Part shown: positions 1 to 9,442 of the stretch, in pieces
Layout: each line of letters opens with the position of its first letter
How positions within the stretch are numbered: position 1 is the stretch's first letter
Origin: a virus
Taxonomy: Duplodnaviria; Heunggongvirae; Uroviricota; Caudoviricetes
Reading direction: 5' to 3' (one strand)
Length of the DNA stretch: 64,000 nt
Virus record (IMG/VR): IMGVR_UViG_3300042923_000692
Location: 26,709 to 90,708 of that record
Translations under genes and position numbers: made by a program
Notes under the pieces: model-generated
The model's database searches: none
Told to the model about the DNA's origin: nothing
What the model saw: the letters and a program-made list of their open reading frames with translations, nothing else

Positions 1-52
1 GTTTGAGGATTTGCTGTTTTACCGCCGGAATATCTAGCTCCATTATCCTACC

Positions 53-138
53 TATCTCGGCAGACTAAGAGCCCAGAAGAAGGCCGCCGTTGCTGGAATG
101 AGGGCCACCAGAACTACGAAGAACCACACCTTGACCAT
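53..138 (-). CDS. 28-aa hydrophobic peptide (MVKVWFFVVLVALIPATAAFFWALSLPR)
   Basis: ATG..TAG ORF below the track cutoff; single transmembrane-like segment; ends 12 nt before the next minus-strand gene. Confidence 0.25.
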
Positions 139-149
139 ATCTACAGTCT

Positions 150-416
150 TTACTTTGCCTGCCATTCTTCCTCCTTAAAGATCTTCATCGCTCGATGCTC
201 TTTAGTCCACAGATATGCATTGCGACTGAATACTGCAAAGTAAAACACCGATGCGACAACGAACCCCCACTGCTCGGTAACGATGGCATACGCGGTCCAG
301 ACGAACTGGTTTGCGATATTCACATACCATGCCCACCAGACCTTCTTACCCGCGAGGAAGAATCCGACAATTCCCACTGCGCTTAGGAACCAAGACCACA
401 GTTGGTTAGGATCCAT
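150..416 (-). CDS. hypothetical membrane protein (Trp-rich, 2-3 TM)
   Basis: 88-aa ORF with hydrophobic helices. Confidence 0.45.
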   Translation of the reverse strand: MDPNQLWSWFLSAVGIVGFFLAGKKVWWAWYVNIANQFVWTAYAIVTEQWGFVVASVFYFAVFSRNAYLWTKEHRAMKIFKEEEWQAK

Positions 417-539
417 TATCGATCGCTTTCACGGTCTCCGGATCAATGATGAGAGTCCCGTCGTTCGCCACGAACATGTGAATTTCCTCACCGACCTTCA
501 TGTTTAAAAACCGTTCGTTAAACTCCGATTCTCCGGCCA

Positions 540-1241
540 TTAGGGAGCGACACGTCCGTTCAACACGAAGGCCTCGTGAGTGAGCGGCATCTCCTCAGCG
601 AAGATATCCTCCACCTTCTCGGCGACCATCTGGATCTCACGCTGCGGGAAGCTCGGCACCAGAGCACCGTCCTGCTGACTGCGGAGAGACAGGTAGTTCA
701 TGAGCGAACGAGCGTTGACCGTCCAGTACATCTGACTCATGATGTTTACTGGAAGCACCATACGAGCCACCTCGTTGGCAACGCCGATACCAAGAAGACG
801 CTGGTACTCGTTCCATGACGCCGACGAGATATACCGAAGCGACTCTTCGGTATCGATCCGAACGTCCTCCGGAGTTGCTCCGAAGTCGGGCTTCATCTTC
901 GTTCCGTTGTTGACCAGACTGCGGTCATCGCCCGGAATATAGAATCGCGGAAGCAGCGTGGTGTACCGACCGGACATCTCGTTGATGCTAGAGATGCGGT
1001 GCTTCACCTGCTCTCGAGAGGCGAAAATGGGAAGCTCGATGAAGAACGTGAACGCGTTGTGCTCGAACGGAACGCCGTGCTTGTTCTTCATGAGGGACTG
1101 GATAAGACGAGGCGGGACCGTGTCGGGACTGTTCTCACCCTTGCCGCTAACCTGGGCTGCCTGAATAACCGTGTCGTCAGACGCCATAGAACGAATGAGC
1201 TTGACCGCTACATCATTAACAAATTCGATATCGTTGATCAT
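540..1241 (-). CDS. thyX: FAD-dependent thymidylate synthase ThyX
   Basis: 233 aa; ThyX signature RHRISSINEMSGRY (RHRxxSxxxxSxR). Confidence 0.85.
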   Translation of the reverse strand: MINDIEFVNDVAVKLIRSMASDDTVIQAAQVSGKGENSPDTVPPRLIQSLMKNKHGVPFEHNAFTFFIELPIFASREQVKHRISSINEMSGRYTTLLPRFYIPGDDRSLVNNGTKMKPDFGATPEDVRIDTEESLRYISSASWNEYQRLLGIGVANEVARMVLPVNIMSQMYWTVNARSLMNYLSLRSQQDGALVPSFPQREIQMVAEKVEDIFAEEMPLTHEAFVLNGRVAP

Positions 1242-1269
1242 CTAAGTTTTCTCCTAATGGGATAAGGGG

Positions 1270-1572
1270 TCAAAGAAGAGACTTGTCGTAAGTCTCGAGT
1301 ACCTTGTTGGCTAGAACAGTCCACGTCTCGTACTGACTGAGCACCTCGGCGATGGGACGGTCCGTCGGTGCTTGTACAATCTGCACGAGAAGGTAATATG
1401 CGGCGATCTCTGTAACACCGAACTTGGGAAGATCTGCGTCGGGAATAACCTCGGCCGAGAAACTCTTACTCTTGAGGTAATCCCCCTCGGCGGCGATGGC
1501 GTGAGTAATACCAAGCTTACGCTTACCGAGAGAGTCGCGAATAAGAGCCAGTTCTGCAATAAGATCAATCAT
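1270..1572 (-). CDS. hypothetical protein
   Basis: 100-aa ORF, protein-like composition, tight spacing to neighbours. Confidence 0.5.
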   Translation of the reverse strand: MIDLIAELALIRDSLGKRKLGITHAIAAEGDYLKSKSFSAEVIPDADLPKFGVTEIAAYYLLVQIVQAPTDRPIAEVLSQYETWTVLANKVLETYDKSLL

Positions 1573-1810
1573 TTGGTTCCTTGTTGTATTCTTGGATTTC
1601 TTCGTGGACTTTTGTCATAGCCGGGTTGGCACCTTTGGCATAGAAACCGATCGCGATTAGGTTCTCCCCAAGACCCTCGGCGAGGATCTTCACCAATTTC
1701 ATGTCGATATTGGCAGTCATCTTACCAGTTTCGTAATCGAACTCTGCTCGACCGATTACTTTGTCCCATCCCATGGTGATAGGAACGGTAACTCCCGTCG
1801 CATTACTCAC
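1565..1810 (-). CDS. hypothetical protein
   Basis: 81-aa ORF overlapping neighbours by 8 nt. Confidence 0.5.
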   Translation of the reverse strand: MSNATGVTVPITMGWDKVIGRAEFDYETGKMTANIDMKLVKILAEGLGENLIAIGFYAKGANPAMTKVHEEIQEYNKEPND

Positions 1811-2039
1811 TGATCAGCCCTTTCGGGGCTTTCTCGGATCGAGCTGCGTCGTCAGTCACCGGAGGAGTGGACATCGCGACCAGAGCGTTTGCGGCACGAG
1901 CCAGAATTTTGTTCTGTTCCGCGATAAGATCGTTCTGTCGACTGATGAGCGTATTCTGCATCGTAAAGGCATTATTGATCATGTTGGTGTTGCGTCGAAC
2001 AGCCCGAACAACTTCGTCAATTCCAAATGCCACGATCAA
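1803..2039 (-). CDS. hypothetical protein
   Basis: 78-aa ORF. Confidence 0.45.
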   Translation of the reverse strand: MIVAFGIDEVVRAVRRNTNMINNAFTMQNTLISRQNDLIAEQNKILARAANALVAMSTPPVTDDAARSEKAPKGLISE

Positions 2040-2422
2040 CTCCTATTCAGTTTGTTCGGCGGGTAATCACCGAGGAGATCTTTAGCCGACTGGGACTTGT
2101 TATACGCCGCCAACACAAGTTCGGCAGTTCGATACACGTCTTCTGCAGTGATCTTCGAATAGAGAATGTATTTCTCTTTATCTTCCCCAGTGATGATCTC
2201 TCCGCCGAGAACGTTCTCTTTAGGAACTTCCTTCTCGGGGTAAGTTCCGAACTGAATTCCAAAGAACGTTCGAGGGGCTCGAGTGATCTCCGTATATGGC
2301 TGGATTATCTGAACCTCTACGGCATTGGTGAGTCCTCCGTAATAGTGCCTTTCCTGCCGAACTCGCCAGAACATTCCTTCTGGAAGAGCCGGAAGACCCG
2401 TCTCTACGTTAACTTCGCTCAT
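2036..2422 (-). CDS. hypothetical protein
   Basis: 128-aa ORF, ATGA overlap with downstream gene. Confidence 0.5.
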   Translation of the reverse strand: MSEVNVETGLPALPEGMFWRVRQERHYYGGLTNAVEVQIIQPYTEITRAPRTFFGIQFGTYPEKEVPKENVLGGEIITGEDKEKYILYSKITAEDVYRTAELVLAAYNKSQSAKDLLGDYPPNKLNRS

Positions 2423-2446
2423 CTATTTATCTCCTAGTAGATATGA

Positions 2447-2665
2447 TTAGAGCTCTTCAGTCTTGCGACGATTCTCTCGAGCCAGAATTTCCTCGTACTC
2501 CTTATTCAGAAGTCGAGCAATCTTGGCAGCAATATTGCGATGACCCGCATCAGGAACCACGATAGTCCAAATGGTTCGCCCATTGCTGCCGAGATTGCTT
2601 TCCATCACCGCGTGCTTGTCCGAGGTACCCGTCCCCAGATTCAATACTTCGTATTTGTCAGCCAT
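2447..2665 (-). CDS. hypothetical protein (72 aa; start MADKYEV)
   Basis: internal ATG at 2665 preceded by GAAGGAGC SD; gives an 8-nt overlap with the upstream gene instead of 68 nt. Confidence 0.45.
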   Translation of the reverse strand: MADKYEVLNLGTGTSDKHAVMESNLGSNGRTIWTIVVPDAGHRNIAAKIARLLNKEYEEILARENRRKTEEL

Positions 2666-2873
2666 CGGCCGCTCCTTCGTTCTCGTAACGGACGATGCGC
2701 GCGGCAGCGTCTCCTGCTTTATCAAATGCTTTCTTACGGTTCATGGTAATGCCACTTCTGTCGAATATGAGCGGAACTCCCTCATACCAAACATCCCATA
2801 TCCAAAACTTGAAGACTCGACGAATACGGACGTGAACCAAAGCCTTCTGGCGAGCTTCTCTGAATAGGCTCAT
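2658..2873 (-). CDS. hypothetical protein
   Basis: 71-aa ORF. Confidence 0.45.
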   Translation of the reverse strand: MSLFREARQKALVHVRIRRVFKFWIWDVWYEGVPLIFDRSGITMNRKKAFDKAGDAAARIVRYENEGAADG

Positions 2874-3034
2874 TGGAAATCCGTTGGGGTCGTGGTCATG
2901 ATGAATACCAATGCAGCGACAAGAAGGCCGATCGCAACTAACCAGGGACCCATGTTTATGTAGTTCTCCCAGTACTTGTCCTCGGCCTTCTTGTCTTCGA
3001 GATATCGCTTAGCTGCTTTCTTCTTGACGCCCAT
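2870..3034 (-). CDS. small membrane protein
   Basis: C-terminal TM helix LVAIGLLVAALVFIM; start uncertain (ATG 3034 or 3112). Confidence 0.4.
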   Translation of the reverse strand: MGVKKKAAKRYLEDKKAEDKYWENYINMGPWLVAIGLLVAALVFIMTTTPTDFQ

Positions 3035-3341
3035 TGTTCGCCAAACTCTCTTGAAGCTCTCGAGTCTTCTCTTCGTCGATGATGAAGTTGTCGTGACCAG
3101 GACGCATACCATCAGGACACTCGTTCGGTACCGTATGAGGGTGCCAAACGTCGTTCTGATAGTGGATCAGCTCCTGACCACACTTCTTGCAAGTTCCGAC
3201 CTCGGCGATATCATCAGGGAGTGTTGAACTTTCCCCATCCTTCTCCGTGCGCAACGCGCGTAGAGCTTCCGTGTACTTAATCCCCTTCTCCGCTGCCAAC
3301 TTCCGCGCTCGATCCTGAAGTTCCTTGTCCCGGTACGCCAT
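3009..3341 (-). CDS. zinc-ribbon protein (CKKCG...C-P pair)
   Basis: 110 aa; GAGGAG SD before ATG at 3341. Confidence 0.5.
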   Translation of the reverse strand: MAYRDKELQDRARKLAAEKGIKYTEALRALRTEKDGESSTLPDDIAEVGTCKKCGQELIHYQNDVWHPHTVPNECPDGMRPGHDNFIIDEEKTRELQESLANNGRQEESS

Positions 3342-3567
3342 ATGCTTTCTCCTCTGGTGTTTTCAGTCTCAATCGAGTCGTTGAAACGATACGATATTCG
3401 TTTTGACTGAGATCTTGTTCGACAGTATCAACCTCTTCGAGAACGTAATCTCGAACGAGATCTTCCATTGTAATCTGGTAATGTTCCCTAAACGATTGAA
3501 TATAACGTTCTAACTGATACTGTTGATCCCTAACGGCGATTTGGATCAACCTATCAAGGTCAGTCAT
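3277..3567 (-). CDS. hypothetical protein
   Basis: 96-aa ORF; its 3' end overlaps the next gene by 65 nt. Confidence 0.4.
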   Translation of the reverse strand: MTDLDRLIQIAVRDQQYQLERYIQSFREHYQITMEDLVRDYVLEEVDTVEQDLSQNEYRIVSTTRLRLKTPEEKAYGVPGQGTSGSSAEVGSGEGD

Positions 3568-3826
3568 ATCGCTGCCCCTCCGGAAGACCTCGATCGCGCC
3601 AAATTCGCTTACGAGTTTCCTTGTCCCCCCACATGAATCGATATATCTCTTTAAGGGTGGGTGATCGATCGAATTGAGCTTGCAACTGTTCGGTTACTTC
3701 AGTTAGAGAGTCCGAATAGAGATCGTGACGGACAAAACGTCGACACTCACACGCAGTGGCCGTACAAGGTCCGGTTGCATCTTCATGCTCGGTATTGTAA
3801 TGTCCACAAATACACAGAAGTCCCAT
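3560..3826 (-). CDS. zinc-ribbon protein
   Basis: 88 aa; CICGH...C..C.C cysteine cluster. Confidence 0.5.
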   Translation of the reverse strand: MGLLCICGHYNTEHEDATGPCTATACECRRFVRHDLYSDSLTEVTEQLQAQFDRSPTLKEIYRFMWGDKETRKRIWRDRGLPEGQRYD

Positions 3827-3983
3827 TTCAGTCTCTTTCTACGCAACTATAGATCGGAACTCCCTTTACGAATACCCCACCGTTAGAGACGCAGTCAACC
3901 ATGCTCCAAACACCACAGACGATAAATACAACTAAGATGCCCAAGACGATGAGTCCTAGGATAATTTCCATAGTGTTGTTCAT
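3813..3983 (-). CDS. 56-aa transmembrane peptide
   Basis: ORF absent from the track (<60 aa); MNNTMEIILGLIVLGILVVFIV...; fills the gap between neighbours exactly. Confidence 0.45.
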
Positions 3984-3992
3984 GGTTCTCTT

Positions 3993-4799
3993 TCAGTTAG
4001 GATATGCGAATAGCCAGACGGCATCAACCTGAGGATCGAGGTAATACCCCTCTTTCGGATAAGCTTCGATCTGTTCAGTATTCTTTAGCGGATATGATCC
4101 TGCGGGAAGAACGGGACCCTCGGACGTCCGATAATCAACACCTTCGCATTCAGGGATGATAATCGATTGCGTCGGCCTATTATAGATCGGCTGATGTAGA
4201 ATAACCTTTTTCAGCTTCTTCGGAGGAAAATCCGCAGCCTTCATGTATCGCTCACGGGCTTCTTCTGCAGTGATGACATTCTTTTCGAATTTCTTGTCGA
4301 TGGTTTCGATAGACCACTCAGCCGTCTCGATAAAATTCGGATCCGCCATCGCCTCCATGATCTGACCCCTATACCGATCATCCAACTCGGGATGCTCAAT
4401 CATGAAGATCATCAGCGTAAATGCGTGCCATGCGACACTGGCCATATGCGGAAGCTGCGTCTCGGGATCATTATCCTCGCCACCCCAGAATGCATTGGCG
4501 TGTCGAATAAGAGAGTCGTACGACTTACTCCAATCGTATCCCTTACGCCAATTATGAGCGTCGTACTTCTTCTCGCCGAATCCGTACAGCTGCGCCATGA
4601 GATCCAGAGCCTCAGTCGGAATAAGACTGTGACGCTGCGGCTTGACACCCTTCATTCCACCAGTGGCAGAAACCGTCCGAGTCTCACCCTTGACGAAATC
4701 TCCACAAGGACACTCTTCTAGGACACAAGGCGCCACGTCGGAGAGAATCGAACCGCGATGTTCGTCAAATGAGTGAAAGCAGGTCTTGCAGTAATCCAT
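3993..4799 (-). CDS. dATP/dGTP diphosphohydrolase-domain protein with N-terminal Cys4 zinc finger
   Basis: 268 aa; motif GMKGVKPQRHSLIP...GEKKYDAHNWRKG resembles the dATP/dGTP pyrophosphohydrolase N-terminal domain. Confidence 0.55.
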   Translation of the reverse strand: MDYCKTCFHSFDEHRGSILSDVAPCVLEECPCGDFVKGETRTVSATGGMKGVKPQRHSLIPTEALDLMAQLYGFGEKKYDAHNWRKGYDWSKSYDSLIRHANAFWGGEDNDPETQLPHMASVAWHAFTLMIFMIEHPELDDRYRGQIMEAMADPNFIETAEWSIETIDKKFEKNVITAEEARERYMKAADFPPKKLKKVILHQPIYNRPTQSIIIPECEGVDYRTSEGPVLPAGSYPLKNTEQIEAYPKEGYYLDPQVDAVWLFAYPN

Positions 4800-4940
4800 C
4801 TAGTTATTCTCCTCTGGCATTTTGAACCACTGACAGTCGCAGCCGAACACCTTGCAGCCGTGCTTATCCTTAGGGCTGTGGGACGCTGCTTGATGGTCAC
4901 ACTTGCCGCACTTTACGGCAAGCTTCGAAACCTCGGACAT
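4800..4940 (-). CDS. 46-aa Cys-rich (rubredoxin-like) peptide
   Basis: ORF absent from the track; CGKC...C..FGCDC; TGATG overlap with MazG stop, abuts the next start. Confidence 0.45.
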   Translation of the reverse strand: MSEVSKLAVKCGKCDHQAASHSPKDKHGCKVFGCDCQWFKMPEENN

Positions 4941-5719
4941 CAGACCTCGATCGTGGCGACAATCAGCTCGGAATCGTCAGACGGATCCGAGAGGAATTCT
5001 TCCCAGGCCTTACCGTTCTCGATCTGACGAAGCACGATAGGCTCGAGGTCTGCCGGCGAGTAAGTGTCGGGCTTGAGACCCTTGCCGAACTCGTCCTTTT
5101 CGATGGTGTATCGCTTCAGATCTTCGTTCCAGACAGTCTTGCTGAGGTTGCTACGGTGAACCTCATCGAAGATCTCCTGAATATCGATACCGTAGGCCAC
5201 GGCCGTACCGATCACGACGTAGAGAACGTCTGCGATACCGTCAGCCACACCCACGAGATCGCCCTTGAGCATGCTTGCGACGAGCTCGTCAGACTTGTTC
5301 TTGACGAGAAGTTCGACATAGTGATTCGCCGAATATGGCGTAGCATTACCATCGATATCAATCATGAACTCGCTGATATCCTTGGCGCCAAGAAGCTCCT
5401 CGACCATGAGTCGAATACGAAGCGTGCGGACCTCGTCCGATGGAAGCTGCGGGTAATCCGCCACCTCCTGATCGCAACGACGCATGAACTCCTCGATATC
5501 CTCCTGCATGGAGTTCTTGGTGTGACGCAGACGATATGCCTTGGCTGCCATGATAAGCGCGCCAGCCTTTACCGTCTGTCCGCGCGAAATATAGTCGAAC
5601 GCCTGGTCCAGCAGATGGTCAAGACCGTGATCGTCGTCGTGCTTCTCGTCGTAGCCCTTACGGCGGTGACGGTCAAGCTCGGCAACAACGGCGCGGTGGA
5701 ATCCAGAAAGGTCAGTCAT
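4940..5719 (-). CDS. MazG-like nucleotide pyrophosphohydrolase
   Basis: 259 aa; MazG-type helix GDLVGVADGIADVLYVVIGTAVAYGID...EV. Confidence 0.7.
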   Translation of the reverse strand: MTDLSGFHRAVVAELDRHRRKGYDEKHDDDHGLDHLLDQAFDYISRGQTVKAGALIMAAKAYRLRHTKNSMQEDIEEFMRRCDQEVADYPQLPSDEVRTLRIRLMVEELLGAKDISEFMIDIDGNATPYSANHYVELLVKNKSDELVASMLKGDLVGVADGIADVLYVVIGTAVAYGIDIQEIFDEVHRSNLSKTVWNEDLKRYTIEKDEFGKGLKPDTYSPADLEPIVLRQIENGKAWEEFLSDPSDDSELIVATIEV

Positions 5720-6035
5720 CGTTTTCTCCTTGGTTAGCTATACGAAGAAGGATATCTCCGTGGCATGCTTTTGGTGCACAGAAGCACACCAGATCTTTTC
5801 CCGCTAGTGTTTCTCTGATACGAATTCGAAGCGACGGATGCTGCGAGACATACGCCTCATACGCAGCAATCACATCCTCTCTAGTCAATCCATCTCGAAT
5901 AGCCCAAGGGTTACCCCAAGGACTACCTCGACCGATATAGACGGCATCCGGGGGGATCTCGTCCTTATACTTATTGAGTACTCGAGGCATCGTCATCCTT
6001 GATAGTAAATATCGTAGGCGTTCCGAGGCTTCCAT
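5712..6035 (-). CDS. DUF4326-family protein
   Basis: 107 aa; motif YIGRGSPWGNPW...FCAPKACHGD. Confidence 0.65.
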   Translation of the reverse strand: MEASERLRYLLSRMTMPRVLNKYKDEIPPDAVYIGRGSPWGNPWAIRDGLTREDVIAAYEAYVSQHPSLRIRIRETLAGKDLVCFCAPKACHGDILLRIANQGENDD

Positions 6036-6128
6036 TCGTCGGACTTCAGAGCTGGCCCTAGACCACTAAACTCATTCGACTTTGGAAAATAGAAGACGAA
6101 CATGCCTCGTTCGTGATGGAGGTAATCG

Positions 6129-6560
6129 TCAATCTGTTCCACTGGTTACCTCATATCGTACGGTCGGGATCCCAGCCTTCTCAGCGAGGTCTGCACACAT
6201 GGTTGCTCCTCGGCTAGCATCCCTGATGAATGCAAGACAAATATCCGCACCAAGCTTGACCATCTTGGCATTACGAACATATCCCGCACGCCGACATGTT
6301 CGCCAACCTCGACACGTTTCGGAGCAGTCTGGCTGGTGATTTCTCCACTGAGCCGGATGAATCTCCACCTTGCATCCGAAAGCATGACCCAGATTACCAG
6401 CCAGAGTGTCAGCCCCACTGGCCCCACCATGCACAATAGTCACATCGTAATCACCCGGAAATACCGTCACTCCAGTCTCGCGAACAATTACATCGGCGAT
6501 AGCCTGCGCGACAGAACCATCATCAATCCAATTACGACTACCCGTGACGAGAATACGCAT
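6129..6560 (-). CDS. SLOG/DUF2493-family (DprA/Smf-like Rossmann) protein
   Basis: start moved to MRILVTGSRNW; motif HGGASGADTLA. Confidence 0.6.
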   Translation of the reverse strand: MRILVTGSRNWIDDGSVAQAIADVIVRETGVTVFPGDYDVTIVHGGASGADTLAGNLGHAFGCKVEIHPAQWRNHQPDCSETCRGWRTCRRAGYVRNAKMVKLGADICLAFIRDASRGATMCADLAEKAGIPTVRYEVTSGTD

Positions 6561-6957
6561 GACGCTCCTTATCATACTTCTCGATGTAGTAGTTGTCAGT
6601 CTGATACTGAGCGTTGAACTCGTCAGCCAGAGCCTGAGCATTCTCTTTGGAAGCGACTTCGAGGATGGAATATCCGCCATCATGTCGCTTGACCTTCGTG
6701 ACCCAAAGGTCTTCGTCGGTTGTCTCCGAGATCTCCGACACGGTGAAGATATACATGTCGTCGACGTTGGGGGCCTTTACAACTTCTGACGCACGAAGCT
6801 TCATGGATCCGTTCTCGCTACGAACCAGTACGATATCGCCATTCTTAAGACCGGACGCCACCCAGCACGTAGCCTTACCCTTTCGAGCAGTCTTGTCCCA
6901 GTTAAGAATGTTGAGGTTGTGTCCCCAGCGTCCGTGTGTGAAGTCGTGCTCAGTCAT
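6538..6957 (-). CDS. hypothetical protein (139 aa; start MTEHDF)
   Basis: the track's 214-aa version has a low-complexity S/T/R N-terminal extension; the internal ATG at 6957 gives an 8-nt overlap with the upstream gene. Confidence 0.5.
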   Translation of the reverse strand: MTEHDFTHGRWGHNLNILNWDKTARKGKATCWVASGLKNGDIVLVRSENGSMKLRASEVVKAPNVDDMYIFTVSEISETTDEDLWVTKVKRHDGGYSILEVASKENAQALADEFNAQYQTDNYYIEKYDKERHAYSRHG

Positions 6958-7186
6958 CAGCTTCCAGCTTCTCGTACTCTTCGATACAGGTGGGACAGAC
7001 GGTTCGCCCAAGAGGGTCGACCTGCTGACGGATGATCTTCCCACAGAGTGCCTGCATGGGCGTTCCGTAGAAAAGGTTGTCGCTAATAGCTTTCTTGCTG
7101 CAGTAATGCTGAAACTTGTCGTGATCGCCATTCTCGGTGTCGATCGTGACTGTATCCTGCTTGACATCCTCGAGCAGATCAACCAT
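6950..7186 (-). CDS. small CxxC zinc-ribbon protein
   Basis: 78 aa; C..C...CPTC. Confidence 0.5.
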   Translation of the reverse strand: MVDLLEDVKQDTVTIDTENGDHDKFQHYCSKKAISDNLFYGTPMQALCGKIIRQQVDPLGRTVCPTCIEEYEKLEADD

Positions 7187-7204
7187 TGAATATCCCCTAT
7201 CTAA

Positions 7205-7567
7205 TTAGTTTGAATTTGTGGAGGCGTGGCCAAATGCTGCATCACGGAGATCCTGCGCAGCACGTGTGTACTTCTTACTGTTTTTGATGACATTGATCAT
7301 TGCGCCACCCTGCTTGCTTACTCGCACCAGCATGCAGAGTCGACTCGTGGCGATATGACGAACCGTCGCCTGGTTGTTCACCATGTAGTCCGGGAATTCA
7401 GGAATAACCCTATAACCACGAATAATTCGAGGATCCTGCACGATCTTGTCGCACTTATGCAGAGGCTCACCGCACATCGCACAGACTGCCTGGAACTTGC
7501 CACAGTCCATACAGATGATGTTGGTTACGACCTCATATTCTGAATGATCGTGAGCAGTTTCACTCAT
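7205..7567 (-). CDS. Cys-rich hypothetical protein
   Basis: 120 aa; CMDCG...CAMCG. Confidence 0.5.
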   Translation of the reverse strand: MSETAHDHSEYEVVTNIICMDCGKFQAVCAMCGEPLHKCDKIVQDPRIIRGYRVIPEFPDYMVNNQATVRHIATSRLCMLVRVSKQGGAMINVIKNSKKYTRAAQDLRDAAFGHASTNSN

Positions 7568-8880
7568 GCAGCAACACTCTCATTACCTGTGAATCGTCGA
7601 ATCGGGATGACGTTGTCATTCTTGGGTTCTTCCTTTCTAAACGGAGATTTGTCACCGAACATTTCCTTCTCGTAAGTACGCTCGTTGAAGGTTTTCTTGG
7701 TCATCAGGGTTTTCCAGATGGCCTTATCGATGGGGGCGGTTGAACGAAGAATATAGTAGAACAAATCTACATACTTCGTGTTTAGACGATCGATTCGTCC
7801 TTTCGACTGGTGGAATGCTTTCCAAGAATATGGGAGGCTATAAAACGCAATAGCATCAGTACTAATACAGTTCCAGCCTTCAGATCCTGCAGTGTACTGG
7901 ACAAGGTAGATCCACTTGTCCCCGTCCGGGATTTTCTCATGTTTCTGTCCATTCCATTCAGCCAATGGATAATTGAGCGTCGTCCGAAGGGTCCTCAACG
8001 TATCCAACTCGTAGTTGAAGTTGTAGAAGATGATCAGACGAGGGTGCTTCTCTAGAATGCGTAGGATTTCTCCCAGACGGCTAGGGTCGCTGTTCGTAAG
8101 CTTTCGGCAGTAAGCCAAGAGGTCCGTGATACCTTGGAAGGGTTCTTCGGTATCAGGATTGAAACGTGACGCCACGACTTGCTTATACTTAGCATCATCA
8201 TAGTCGCTAAGAACATAGATTTCATGTCGTTTTGTATGCCGCTCGTATGGCATGTCAACCAGGATTTGGTCTCGAAGACGGTCGAGATGACCTGTTGCCA
8301 CGAATCGTTCCACTTTAGGGAATTTGCTAAAGCGGCTGAATACAGCATGTTCCCGAAGGAACTCCGACCTGTTCTTAAAGAAGCCATTAGCAACGAATAC
8401 TGGAATATAGTCCATCCAAGTATCCCCGGGCGTGGCCGACAGAAGGATCCATCGGTTGTTCGCGGCGATCTTGTAGAACGACTTAACCCAAGCACCCGAT
8501 CCGACCAACCGCTGCTCATCGAATATGAAGAAAGCATCAGTGATGTGTTCGTATTGACTGATGTTGTTCCAGGAGTCGACGTGCATTTGGACTCCATTTG
8601 GGTCGGATTCTCTAAAGAGTCCAAGTTTTCCTCCATCCAGTTCCCATTCCATATCATTGCGCTTCTTAGCCGTGGTGATGATATACAGATCCATGGGATT
8701 CTCCATGGGCTTTACTGTATCAACCACCCCCGGGATAATAGGCATACCCTTACATTCCTTCATGTAGTAATATGCCAACGCAGTGATTGTCTTACCGGTA
8801 CCGACTTCTCCGCGAAGAATCGACCCGTTGTGCATTTCGAGAATCGCCTGCATCTGATGAGGCATTAGACTGACGCCCAT
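7564..8880 (-). CDS. SF2 (SNF2/DEAD-like) DNA helicase
   Basis: 438 aa; Walker A GEVGTGKT, motif II FIFDEQR, C-terminal helicase motifs. Confidence 0.75.
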   Translation of the reverse strand: MGVSLMPHQMQAILEMHNGSILRGEVGTGKTITALAYYYMKECKGMPIIPGVVDTVKPMENPMDLYIITTAKKRNDMEWELDGGKLGLFRESDPNGVQMHVDSWNNISQYEHITDAFFIFDEQRLVGSGAWVKSFYKIAANNRWILLSATPGDTWMDYIPVFVANGFFKNRSEFLREHAVFSRFSKFPKVERFVATGHLDRLRDQILVDMPYERHTKRHEIYVLSDYDDAKYKQVVASRFNPDTEEPFQGITDLLAYCRKLTNSDPSRLGEILRILEKHPRLIIFYNFNYELDTLRTLRTTLNYPLAEWNGQKHEKIPDGDKWIYLVQYTAGSEGWNCISTDAIAFYSLPYSWKAFHQSKGRIDRLNTKYVDLFYYILRSTAPIDKAIWKTLMTKKTFNERTYEKEMFGDKSPFRKEEPKNDNVIPIRRFTGNESVAA

Positions 8881-9225
8881 TAAGCCTCCCAGCTCGAGGT
8901 GTAATAAATAAGCCGACCCGACTTATCTTTCGGACGGTGGTAGAAGTATTCGATCGCATCGACCAAAAACATCTGACCCTCTCCGATATCATCAGGGATG
9001 GTCGTTCGGTATCCATCGTGGGGACCCCCCAGGATTACTACTTTCATATCCTCCGAGTCCTAGTACGGGATGAAAACGTTCTTTTTGGGATGTGGGGTGA
9101 ATCAAGGTCATGACCTTAGCCACCGCATCGCTCAATCCGTCGGCGAATGAATCGTCATTGTACACCGCGGGTTTTTCTACACTTATTTGACCGTAGCCCT
9201 CAATGTGAATGGTTACGTCTGCCAC
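8880..9225 (-). CDS. hypothetical protein encoded in two frames (8992..9225 and 8880..9047) joined by a -1 shift at a G6 run
   Basis: both partial ORFs look protein-like; the frame change sits exactly at C6 (plus strand 9025-9030); TAATG overlap with the helicase start. Confidence 0.45.
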
Positions 9226-9442
9226 CGCCGGCGCCCTTCAGTAGTAGTTGCAGCGAAAGTCGATCCTGTTCTACTTCGTATCCGCACTTCTTACATTCGA
9301 AGTAATAAACGCCGAGGAGGAAGTTGTCAGTATACCCAGTTAGTTCGAAGGAGTGCTTCTCGCACGCCTTTTCGTTTCGCTCGATCTTCCGCCTCCTTGA
9401 GCTCCTTCTTGAAGTCCTCGTGACCCCAGGTCCAATCGCCAT
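9200..9442 (-). CDS. small CEKH...ECxxCG zinc-finger protein (paralog 1)
   Basis: 80 aa; paralog of 9327..9614; AAGGAGG upstream of the CEKH region; start uncertain. Confidence 0.4.
   Translation of the reverse strand: MAIGPGVTRTSRRSSRRRKIERNEKACEKHSFELTGYTDNFLLGVYYFECKKCGYEVEQDRLSLQLLLKGAGGGRRNHSH

Noticed and set aside
6538-7182. 214-aa version of this gene from the track
   Set aside because: The N-terminal 75 residues are S/T/R low complexity and overlap the upstream gene; the internal ATG at 6957 gives a compact, protein-like product.
8792-9016. 74-aa ORF overlapping the helicase start
   Set aside because: Out-of-frame overlap with the helicase and with the better-supported 8880..9225 gene; Arg/Ser-rich.
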